Assembly (NCBI GenBank): GCA_049599895.1
Contig: JBMYPC010000019.1
Span: forward strand, 1-31,974
Reading direction: 5' to 3'
Source: Bacteriovoracaceae bacterium
GTDB taxonomy: Bacteria; Bdellovibrionota; Bacteriovoracia; Bacteriovoracales; Bacteriovoracaceae
DNA length: 31,974 nt
The stretch's first letter is position 1, and every line of letters begins with the position of its first letter. The notes under the pieces were generated by a model, which was given only the letters and a program-made list of their open reading frames with translations, was not told the origin of the DNA and made no database searches. Shown here piece by piece: positions 1 to 7,877 of the stretch. The position numbers and the translations under genes were made by a program.

Positions 1-1
1 A

Positions 2-73
2 AAACAGTGTAAAGATACTGGTTGTAGAGGTGAAGATGTCACCAGAATCACTCTTATTGAAGCCTTAAAGTAA
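2..73 (+). CDS. 3' end of a gene entering from the left edge (…KQCKDTGCRGEDVTRITLIEALK*), product unknown
   Basis: Frame 2 is open from the edge to TAA at 71-73 and is followed by a terminator hairpin. Confidence 0.6.
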   Translation, partial: KQCKDTGCRGEDVTRITLIEALK

Positions 74-94
74 ACTTAGTAATCACAACGAGAT

Positions 95-126
95 AATAAA
101 AGCCGACATTAGTCGGCTTTTTTATT
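95..126 (+). terminator. Rho-independent terminator, potentially bidirectional
   Basis: Perfect 14-bp inverted repeat AATAAAAAGCCGAC-atta-GTCGGCTTTTTATT, with a GC stem flanked by A and T tracts. Confidence 0.9.
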
Positions 127-261
127 TTAACCCCTTAAGAATTCGTAGGAACAAGATGCGTTTTGACACCTTTGGTCAAATGTTGTCAATTTGTCCCTAG
201 CAAATATGGCCCCATCGACGGGCTTAATTGTTGAAAATGCTTCTTGGGTGTAAAATAAAAG

Positions 262-277
262 TGGCATATGAATTGCT
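262..277 (+). promoter_or_regulatory. sigma54 (RpoN) -24/-12 promoter for the S8 protease
   Basis: TGGCATATGAATTGCT has exact GG-N10-GC spacing and matches TGGCAC-N5-TTGCW at all but one position; it lies ~60 bp upstream of ATG 336. Confidence 0.75.
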
Positions 278-295
278 GATACTCTCAGTAATTTA

Positions 296-331
296 GGACA
301 AGGATGTCCATGTTAACGATCAAGGAAGATC
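296..331 (+). promoter_or_regulatory. Two tandem CsrA/RsmA-type binding hairpins in the 5' UTR; the second overlaps the SD
   Basis: GGAC-AAGGAT-GTCC (296-309) contains ACAAGGAUGU, the core of the CsrA consensus. GATC-AAGGAA-GATC (318-331) lies 4 nt before the ATG. Confidence 0.65.
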
Positions 332-335
332 TTTT

Positions 336-1880
336 ATGCGCTTAAGCTTTTTGCTTTTTTTATCTCTCGCTTTTGTTTATGGAACTTCAGATTTAGAAGC
401 CCGTGCTAAGAAAAAACAACGCCGATACATCGTCCATAAAAAGAAAAAAACAGCCACTGGCCTTTCTGTTTTCGGTCGATCAATCTCAAGCTCAAATGAA
501 AAGAACGAAAATGTTGAACTCGTCGATTATTCCAATGACTCCAAATGGAGAGAGAAGATTAATAACCTTCGAGCAAATCCCGATGTTGAATATGTAGAAG
601 AAGACATTGTTTTAAAAAGAGCAAGTAATCCAAATGATAGCCTCTTTAATCAGCAATGGGCCCTTAGCTCAATGGATATGACGAGAATTTGGAGCGAGTT
701 TGAACAATCTTCAAATCTTGTTGTCGCTGTTATCGATACAGGAGTTTTAAACCATCCTGATATTACTTCAAGGCTACTTCCAGGAGCTGACTTTGTTCGT
801 GATCTTGAGATGGCCAATGATGGAGACGGATGGGACCTTGACCCAACTGATCCAGGAGACTGGGTAGAGTTTGGGGACTCTTGTTATTTCTCAACAGGAA
901 GTGAATCAAGTTCATGGCATGGGACTCATGTTTCAGGAATTATTGCAGCAACTAAAGACAATTCTCTAGGAATTAGTGGAATCTTTGATGAAGTTTCGAT
1001 TCTTCCTGTGAGAGTTCTTGGAAAATGTGGTGGTTTAACCAGTGATATCGCCAATGCCATTAAATGGTCTGTAGGTGAACTTATTCCAGGTATGCCCATT
1101 AATCAGAACCCAGCAAAAGTGATTAACTTAAGTCTTGGTGCCCCTGGTTTTTGTGGAAAGACGATGCAAGAGGCGATTGACCTTGCCAATATTAGAGGCG
1201 CTGTTGTTGTCGTGGCGGCTGGAAATGATAACCAAGACTTAGATGATGTTTCTTATACTCCTGCTAATTGTCATGGTGTTATTAACGTTGGAGCTGTGAC
1301 AAACAGTGAAGACATTGCAAGTTATAGTAACTATGGATCAACAATTGATGTTTATGCTCCAGGTGGGAATGATTGGAATGGAATCCTTTCAACTCATAAT
1401 TCTGGAAGCCAGTCAGCAGGATCAATGACCTATAATACTTTAAATGGAACTTCGATGGCCGCACCTCATGTCGCTGGTTTAGTGGCAATGATGATGTCTG
1501 TTAATAGTGGTCTTTATATTGGACAGTATGAAAATATTCTAAAAGAAACTTCAAGTTTTCTTTCAGATTTTAGTAAAGGTGACGGTAATCTTTTAAGTGC
1601 TTATTCTGCAGTTGCATCAGCTTCTGTGGCCAGTGCTAATAGTAGCTTTAGATATACTCCAGTTGAAGCGGCTGAGAATGGAGGACTTGTTCTTTTTAAG
1701 GCCTCTGATGAGTCTGGACAAGGTGGTGGTTGTGCCTCAGTTAATATTGGACCTGGTGGCGGTGGCCCTGGTAGTGGTCTTTTTCAAAAGCTCTTCGCTC
1801 TTGCTCTTGGCTTAGTTCTCATTGGAATTCGTTTGGCCTCAAATCGAAGAAAACGTTATTCTTTTGGGACGGCCTCTTAG
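336..1880 (+). CDS. Secreted S8 (subtilisin-like) serine protease with C-terminal GlyGly-Cys/TM/basic sorting tail
   Basis: Signal peptide; short propeptide ending VEYVEED; catalytic motifs VAVIDTG, HGTHVSG, AAGN, GTSMAAPHVAG; tail GGGCAS…GPGSG-LFALALGLVLIGI-RLASNRRKR. Confidence 0.93.
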   Translation: MRLSFLLFLSLAFVYGTSDLEARAKKKQRRYIVHKKKKTATGLSVFGRSISSSNEKNENVELVDYSNDSKWREKINNLRANPDVEYVEEDIVLKRASNPNDSLFNQQWALSSMDMTRIWSEFEQSSNLVVAVIDTGVLNHPDITSRLLPGADFVRDLEMANDGDGWDLDPTDPGDWVEFGDSCYFSTGSESSSWHGTHVSGIIAATKDNSLGISGIFDEVSILPVRVLGKCGGLTSDIANAIKWSVGELIPGMPINQNPAKVINLSLGAPGFCGKTMQEAIDLANIRGAVVVVAAGNDNQDLDDVSYTPANCHGVINVGAVTNSEDIASYSNYGSTIDVYAPGGNDWNGILSTHNSGSQSAGSMTYNTLNGTSMAAPHVAGLVAMMMSVNSGLYIGQYENILKETSSFLSDFSKGDGNLLSAYSAVASASVASANSSFRYTPVEAAENGGLVLFKASDESGQGGGCASVNIGPGGGGPGSGLFQKLFALALGLVLIGIRLASNRRKRYSFGTAS

Positions 1881-1901
1881 TTTTTCTTTATACTAGAAAG
1901 T

Positions 1902-2735
1902 GTGAAACTTCCGACAATCTTTAAGTTGATTATTTGTTTATTTTTATCTTCATGCCAGTCCATGTTTTATAAACCAGAACATGAAAGGTTTTATTCACCT
2001 TCATTATTAGGTTTTGTCTCTGAAGACTTCTCTTTTACAAGTGCCGATGGAGAGACTATCAAAGGACTCAAGATCCTATCAAAACAAAGTCCGGTGAAAG
2101 GTCAATTTGTTTATTTTCAAAATTATCAAAAGAATATGAACCATGACTTTAAAGAGATTGCTTGGTTGAGTGAGCATGGTTACGACGTTATTCTCTTTGA
2201 TTATCGAGGCTATGGTGAGAGTTCTGAAAATCCTTCACCTTGGAAAACCCATCAAGAGGCCTTAGGACTTTTTCAATATTTAGAAAATCATATTGAGGGA
2301 AAGCTTATCATTTATTGCCAGGGGCTTGGTGGCATCATTTGTATGCGCGCAATACCTGAATGGCAAAACAACGACCAAGCCGATCTTGTGATCCTCGACT
2401 CAAGCTTTCTCTCTTATATTGAACTCGTTCGCTATAAGATGAAGCAAAGTTGGTGGACGAGATGGTTCACTTTTGTTTTAACTTATGAGTTTGATGAAAC
2501 TTATTCCGCCAAAGGATGGGTTTCGAAAATTCCTTCTCTTATCTTTCTCATTCATGGAGAAGATGACAAGGTTGTTCCTCTTCAGTTTGGAGAAGAGATT
2601 TATGAGAATATCAAAAACAAAACGTCATTTTGGAAAATTCAAAACTCAGGTCATGCTGAAACTTTCAAAAATAAAGAGAGACGTTTTTATTTCCATCAAG
2701 AGATGGAACGCATACTGAATCAAAAGACTGAATAG
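1902..2735 (+). CDS. Alpha/beta-hydrolase-fold lipoprotein, probably catalytically inactive
   Basis: GTG start; lipobox LFLSSC; FDYRGYGES, IHGEDDKVVP and GH motifs present; the nucleophile elbow reads CQGLGG instead of GxSLGG. Confidence 0.85.
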   Translation: MKLPTIFKLIICLFLSSCQSMFYKPEHERFYSPSLLGFVSEDFSFTSADGETIKGLKILSKQSPVKGQFVYFQNYQKNMNHDFKEIAWLSEHGYDVILFDYRGYGESSENPSPWKTHQEALGLFQYLENHIEGKLIIYCQGLGGIICMRAIPEWQNNDQADLVILDSSFLSYIELVRYKMKQSWWTRWFTFVLTYEFDETYSAKGWVSKIPSLIFLIHGEDDKVVPLQFGEEIYENIKNKTSFWKIQNSGHAETFKNKERRFYFHQEMERILNQKTE

Positions 2736-3682
2736 GGGAGTTCTTTACCTTTAAGTCCCGCAATAATATTCTCTGCTGCTCTTTTTGCCATAAGGGTCCG
2801 CGCCTTAAAGGTTGAAGAGCCAATATGGGGGAGAATTGTACAGTTTGAATATTGATAAAGGGGATGGCCAACTGGAAGAGGCTCTGGCTCTGTGACATCA
2901 AGAGCGCAGGCCGTGATAAGTTTTTCATCAAGGGCCTTCATGAGGCCTTGGGTTTCAATAATTTTTCCTCTGGCCGTATTGATAAGATAAAAGGTCTTTG
3001 GTGTGCGTTTTAATAGCTCATATGTCACTAAACCGTTTGTTTTTTCATTTAAGGGGCAATGAAAGGAAATTAACTCACAGGTTTCAAAGAGTTCCTCTAT
3101 GGAAAGGAATGTGGCATTGAGCTTTTCAGTGACATCACTAAGCTCTTTTGTATGAGAGTAGTAAATTTTACTTCCAAAGCCATGGTGAATAATTTGCGCG
3201 GTTTTTTTTCCAATTCTTCCCATGCCGACAATTCCAACTTTAAGTTCATTTAATTCATGACCTAAAAGATGGGAAGGCATCCAGTCTTTCCAACCTCCAT
3301 CCTTTATAAACTGAAAGTTTTCGCGATGATTGCGAAGGACGGAGAGAATAAGAGAGAGGGTTAGTTCTGCTGTGGCGTTTGTCAGAACATCAGGAGTGTT
3401 TCCAACTTTAATGTCTTTTCGTTTTGCTTCTTCTACATCGATATTATCAAAGCCCACAGCGTAGTTTGAAATGACCTTTAGATGAGGGGCCTTTGATAGG
3501 ATTTCGCCATTAATTGAATCATTCAGCATCGAGATAAGGCCCTTGGCATCAGAAAGATGTTTTTGAAGTTCTTCTGGTTCCATCGCTGAATTATTTCCTT
3601 CAATGACGGTGAAGCCCTCTGCTTCAAGCATCTCTTTTGCTATTGGGAGAATCTTACGGGTGATAACGACTTTTTGAGTCAT
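2720..3682 (-). CDS. D-isomer-specific 2-hydroxyacid dehydrogenase (glyoxylate/hydroxypyruvate reductase-like)
   Basis: AVGFDNID, NTPDVLT, GIVGMGRIG (Rossmann), INTARG, ALDVTEPEP, LPHIGS motifs. Confidence 0.93.
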   Translation of the reverse strand: MTQKVVITRKILPIAKEMLEAEGFTVIEGNNSAMEPEELQKHLSDAKGLISMLNDSINGEILSKAPHLKVISNYAVGFDNIDVEEAKRKDIKVGNTPDVLTNATAELTLSLILSVLRNHRENFQFIKDGGWKDWMPSHLLGHELNELKVGIVGMGRIGKKTAQIIHHGFGSKIYYSHTKELSDVTEKLNATFLSIEELFETCELISFHCPLNEKTNGLVTYELLKRTPKTFYLINTARGKIIETQGLMKALDEKLITACALDVTEPEPLPVGHPLYQYSNCTILPHIGSSTFKARTLMAKRAAENIIAGLKGKELPYSVF

Positions 3683-3893
3683 AGAAAATGCCTTTTAATG
3701 AGAATGTCTTTAATTAAAAGGGTAGCTGATGAAAAGTGTCAAGTAGGCGAAATGTTTAGGTTTTAATGACAGATAAAGAAAGGATTTTTATTTAGACGGA
3801 AACTCCTAATATTTTATTTAATACTGGAACATAGTTTGATGGAATAACAGTCAAGTACTGGCAAGCTTAATTATAATGCAGGGAGGCTACAAA

Positions 3894-5246
3894 ATGAGAG
3901 TACTATTACTTTCTCTAGTCCTAGGTTTATTATCGCAAACTGCTAACGCATCCGTTGTCGCGATTATCGATTCAGGGACAGATTACTTACACAATGATCT
4001 TCAAAACCTTATGTGGAACAATCCAGGTGAGCTAGCGGCAAATAACCGTGATGAAGATATGAACGGTTTTGTTGACGATGTTTTTGGTTGGAACTTTGCT
4101 GAAAACAATAACAAGGTTATTGATTACAAATACCTTGGAACATTAAATCACGACATTAGAAAATTTTTCGATATTCAAGCAAAAATGATCAAAGGTTTTG
4201 CAACGAAGTCTGACCTTCAGTGGATTAAAGACAAAAGAAAAGAGCCTGAGTTTATTAAATCTCTTCAAGTTTATGGAAACTTCATGCACGGAACGCACGT
4301 TGCAGGGATTGCTGCTGTTGGAAACGACGAAGCGAGAATCCTAGCAGTTAAGTTAATCCCAACTGAAGTTCAAAATCCATTTCCTTCATCTCAAAACCTA
4401 AAGAGTGGTTTTGCAATGACACTTTTAAAAATGGGACTTTCTAAGCTTGCTGAGCAACAAATGAAGCTTTTAATTGATATTGCTGGATATGTTGCATCAC
4501 ATGGAGCAGATGTTGCTAACGGTTCTTTTGGAACTGGTTTCAAGCAAGCAGAAGCGATTGTTGGTAATCTTGCGAAAATGCTTCTTGGGAGAGATCCAAC
4601 TCCTGCTGAGTCAAAGGAATTAACATCTCACTTTATCAACACTCTTGTTACGAAAGGAAAAGAGATGGTTGCAGCAGCACCTGATACATTATTTGTATGG
4701 GCCGCTGGAAATGATGGAACAAATAACGATGATATGCCTACTTCTCCAGCAAACATTGAAGCTGTAAACTCGATGACTGTTGCAGCTACAGTAGGAACTT
4801 TCGAGCTTGCTTCTTTTTCTAACTACGGTATCGAAAGAGTTGATGTTGCTGCTCCTGGTGTTGGAATTCAATCAACTGTTCCTGGTAGTGAATACCTAAG
4901 AGTCAGTGGGACTTCACAAGCAGCGCCTTATGTTTCAAAGGTTGCGGGACTGATTAAGGACGAAAATCCTGATCTTCTTCCAAGACAAATTAAAAAGATC
5001 ATCATGAAAACTGTTGATGTTAAGCCATGGCTTGCTGACAAAGTGAGAACTTCTGGGATTGTGAACCTAAGAAGAGCTGTTGCTGCTGCTCAGATGGCAA
5101 ACAGCATGAGAATCGACGATGCGATTGATGAAGCAAGAAGACTTGTTTCAGATATGGCAACAAAGAAAGCTGGATTTAGAGGGCAACACAAACTTGCAAA
5201 AGAATTTGTTCTTCCACTTCCATCTCAATTTAAATTACAAAAATAA
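3894..5246 (+). CDS. Secreted S8 serine protease without an N-terminal propeptide
   Basis: Start moved from 3876 to ATG 3894 because GGGAGG (SD) is at 3881-3886; signal peptide ending ANA; motifs VAIIDSG, HGTHVAG, AAGN, SGTSQAAP. Confidence 0.92.
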   Translation: MRVLLLSLVLGLLSQTANASVVAIIDSGTDYLHNDLQNLMWNNPGELAANNRDEDMNGFVDDVFGWNFAENNNKVIDYKYLGTLNHDIRKFFDIQAKMIKGFATKSDLQWIKDKRKEPEFIKSLQVYGNFMHGTHVAGIAAVGNDEARILAVKLIPTEVQNPFPSSQNLKSGFAMTLLKMGLSKLAEQQMKLLIDIAGYVASHGADVANGSFGTGFKQAEAIVGNLAKMLLGRDPTPAESKELTSHFINTLVTKGKEMVAAAPDTLFVWAAGNDGTNNDDMPTSPANIEAVNSMTVAATVGTFELASFSNYGIERVDVAAPGVGIQSTVPGSEYLRVSGTSQAAPYVSKVAGLIKDENPDLLPRQIKKIIMKTVDVKPWLADKVRTSGIVNLRRAVAAAQMANSMRIDDAIDEARRLVSDMATKKAGFRGQHKLAKEFVLPLPSQFKLQK

Positions 5247-5269
5247 TTCAAGACTAAATTGAATTTAGG

Positions 5270-5298
5270 AAAGGGGTGGCTTTCGTCACCCTTTTTTT
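5270..5298 (+). terminator. Rho-independent terminator between the convergent S8 and TPMT genes
   Basis: AAAGGGGTGGC-tttc-GTCACCCTTTT stem (with G-U pairs) running into a T7 tract. Confidence 0.8.
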
Positions 5299-5935
5299 AT
5301 GCCTCTTCGATAAAGTGAAGTCGGTTTGTAAAAGACATTTCTGGCCCGTCCTCACGCTTTAAGACTTTACGTTCTTCAGTGATAAGGTTGCATTTATAGT
5401 TCTCATTGGGAAAATAGTTTTGAATGTCTTTTTTTGTAATGTCCCAAGGAGGTCCTTCTCTATGAGTGTCCCTTTCAAGAGTGAGAAGAAAAAGCTTTGC
5501 TCCTTTTGCGAGAACAGACTTAATCACTTCGAGATATTGAAGCCTTAATGGTTTTTCTAGAGCAATTAAAGAAGCTCGGTCATAGATGAGATCGAAATTT
5601 TGATGGTCGCCAGGATTAAATTTTAAGAAATCTCCAGCGTGAAGCTTTATCTTTGCGTCTTCAGAGAGGTATTGATGAGATTCTTTTTTATAAAGAATTT
5701 GATTCTCTTCAAAGAATGAAATTAATGGTGACTCAACGAGATCGACTCCAAGGACTTCATGACCCTGATTACGAAGAAAAAGTATATCAAGAGACTTTCC
5801 ACAAAGTGGGACTAGGACATGACCTGGAGTTTTAATAATTTCTGAAAGATATTGTTTTAAGTAAGCATTAACTTCAGCTTGTTGAAAGCCCTGGGTTTCT
5901 CTTTCCCAGACTTCAAACCAGTAATCATTTGGCAT
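5297..5935 (-). CDS. tpm: Thiopurine S-methyltransferase family SAM-dependent methyltransferase
   Basis: W…W N-terminus, VLVPLCGKSLD, GHEVLGVDL, GDF, YDRASLIAL and GPPW are TPMT-family motifs. Confidence 0.85.
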   Translation of the reverse strand: MPNDYWFEVWERETQGFQQAEVNAYLKQYLSEIIKTPGHVLVPLCGKSLDILFLRNQGHEVLGVDLVESPLISFFEENQILYKKESHQYLSEDAKIKLHAGDFLKFNPGDHQNFDLIYDRASLIALEKPLRLQYLEVIKSVLAKGAKLFLLTLERDTHREGPPWDITKKDIQNYFPNENYKCNLITEERKVLKREDGPEMSFTNRLHFIEEA

Positions 5936-5950
5936 AAATGTTCTCTTTTC

Positions 5951-7213
5951 TTATGCGGCTTCTTTCTTTTTTGAGTATTTCCCACCAACTTTGGCAAGGA
6001 ATTTAAACTCTTCGTTATAAAAGGCCTGATAGATCCGATGAATCAGTCCATAGCAACCGATTCCAAGAATGATATTTCGAACGCTATAGGCATCATCTTG
6101 TTCAATTGCTGACTGTCCTTCGTGAGCAAGAAGGTTTCGAATTTCAATTAGCTGATTGTCTTTTAAAATTTTATCGAGCTCTTTTGTGATAAATTGAACA
6201 AATGGCTTTTTATTTTGGAAGGCCTTTCGAAAACAAAAGTTTGAGCTATTTTGGCAACGACCAACAAAGTAGATAAGCTGTCCGATTGAAAAGTTTTTTG
6301 AAAATTTTGAGATACTCACGCAGTCAGAGTTATTCTTTTCGAGATAGATCTTTGGCGGGTTCTGTGAGGCATCCACAAAAAATTCTTCTCCATAACCACA
6401 TCTTTTGAGGTGGTGAATAATGCAATCGTTGAGAATGATTTCTAAGGCCTTAAGATAAGAAAAAGCAATTCTTCCCATATTAAAGTGTCGACTCTCAAGA
6501 ATATCAAGCTCTGCTGATTCAATTTCTGATTTAGCAGCATGGGGAAGTTTATTATAGAGCTCTCCTGGGAAGGCATAGTTGTGAAGCGCCCTTAGAACTT
6601 GTGATGCTGAAGTTTTATTAATGGCATGATGGCCTTTGAGAATAAGATGATCTTGTTCGCTGTCATCAAACTCATCAAAGTATTGTTCTTCAGCCAAGTC
6701 TTGAACAAAAGTAGGGTAGCGAATCGAGGTTGTAAACGGTGAAAGCCCCTGGATTTTATTTTCAACATAATTATTTTCGATGTATAGCTCACTGAGCTTG
6801 TTTGCAGTCTCTCCTGGCTGAAATTCTAGGAGAGTAAAGTCTTCGATTTTAAACCAAATCTCAACTTTTTTATCTTGATAGAAGTCTAGAGAATGCTTTC
6901 TCATTTCATTTTTTGAAATCTTATCAGTCACTTCTGTGACTTTCCCCACCCAGAGATGAGTAAAGTCAGTAATGTAGAGGTGAGTGCTGAGAGACTGTTC
7001 TTTATTATCAGAAATGGCCTTCACAAACATTTTAAGATCGACTGTTGATTCTCGGTCTTTTCCAATAATTTTTCCCCAGTAGGCGTAAGAAGAAGAATCC
7101 TTTTTAAGAAGTTCTGTCAAAAAGTCATTGAACTCATGGGCCTGGGTATAGTCTCCTTCGAGTCCTTGATTGAGATAGGGATTGAAGGTGAGATAAAAAT
7201 GTATTGCCGACAC
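5951..7213 (-). CDS. HP0729-like protein with C-terminal HEPN-type RxxxxH motif
   Basis: GTG start with AAAGGAA SD. The N-terminal pattern FNPY…YWGKI…LYITDF..L.VGKV…VE.WFKIED recalls the HP0729 family (from memory). The helical C-terminus contains IRNLLAH at 6122-6142. Confidence 0.6.
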   Translation of the reverse strand: MSAIHFYLTFNPYLNQGLEGDYTQAHEFNDFLTELLKKDSSSYAYWGKIIGKDRESTVDLKMFVKAISDNKEQSLSTHLYITDFTHLWVGKVTEVTDKISKNEMRKHSLDFYQDKKVEIWFKIEDFTLLEFQPGETANKLSELYIENNYVENKIQGLSPFTTSIRYPTFVQDLAEEQYFDEFDDSEQDHLILKGHHAINKTSASQVLRALHNYAFPGELYNKLPHAAKSEIESAELDILESRHFNMGRIAFSYLKALEIILNDCIIHHLKRCGYGEEFFVDASQNPPKIYLEKNNSDCVSISKFSKNFSIGQLIYFVGRCQNSSNFCFRKAFQNKKPFVQFITKELDKILKDNQLIEIRNLLAHEGQSAIEQDDAYSVRNIILGIGCYGLIHRIYQAFYNEEFKFLAKVGGKYSKKKEAA

Positions 7214-7250
7214 TATGAACTTCCTTTTGTCATCAATATAAGTTCATTAC

Positions 7251-7278
7251 TGATCGGCTGATTTTGTGATGATCTTGA
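7251..7278 (-). promoter_or_regulatory. Candidate sigma28 (FliA) promoter for the HEPN-tpm pair
   Basis: Minus strand TCAAG-N15-GCCGATCA, ~37 bp upstream of the GTG; the spacer is 1 bp longer than the common TCAAG-N14 form. Confidence 0.4.
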
Positions 7279-7321
7279 CCGTAAAGGTCCGTTTGGCCCA
7301 CAAGAGCAAACCCCTGTAATT

Positions 7322-7831
7322 TCAACCTGCTAAGCTTGAAATGAGGGCGTCAATGTCGTCCTGGGAGACAGCTTCCTCTGGACCACTTCTGATTTGGCCA
7401 TTTTCCTGAAGCTTTTGGAGAAGCCATTCTAAACGGCCCTGAAGAGTACGGATAAAGGAAGCTGTCTGATCTTTAAGTTTATGAGGTTCTTCAATTGATT
7501 TTGTAAGTTCTTCAAGGACTTCTAAGCAGTCACCCCAAAAAGCCGCATAAATTGGTAGGAGTTTTGGGTTTTCAAAATTCCTCGCATTGTAACCAATCTT
7601 TTTACAGAGCTTGCAAATAATAGCAATGCTATCAACAAAGGCAAGTTCAGGATCATTCATATGAAGTGTTTCTGCTGAACCCATAATACGGTCTATCTTT
7701 TGAGCAAAATCTTCAAGCATTGCTATTGGGTATTCTTCTTGATCCTCAATGTCCTCGACAAGATCGTTTAATTCTTCGAAGAGTTCCATTGCTTCATCTT
7801 GAAAGTATTGTAAAATATCATTATCTGCCAT
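7322..7831 (-). CDS. Stand-alone HPt/CheA-P1-like protein lacking the phospho-His, with a CheZ-like C-terminal tail
   Basis: F.DEA.EL N-terminal helix as in CheA P1; H-box position reads DRIMGSA rather than HSIKGGA; C-terminus VSQDDIDALISSLAG; GGAG SD. Confidence 0.75.
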   Translation of the reverse strand: MADNDILQYFQDEAMELFEELNDLVEDIEDQEEYPIAMLEDFAQKIDRIMGSAETLHMNDPELAFVDSIAIICKLCKKIGYNARNFENPKLLPIYAAFWGDCLEVLEELTKSIEEPHKLKDQTASFIRTLQGRLEWLLQKLQENGQIRSGPEEAVSQDDIDALISSLAG

Positions 7832-7877
7832 TTTGATTCTCCAGTATGGGGACTGAGTAGTTTAATTTTGAGGTATC

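Noticed and set aside
2720..2735. Convergent 16-nt overlap (and the 3-nt gap at 8796-8798) as antisense regulation
   Set aside because: Short convergent overlaps are common in compact genomes, and there is no further evidence.
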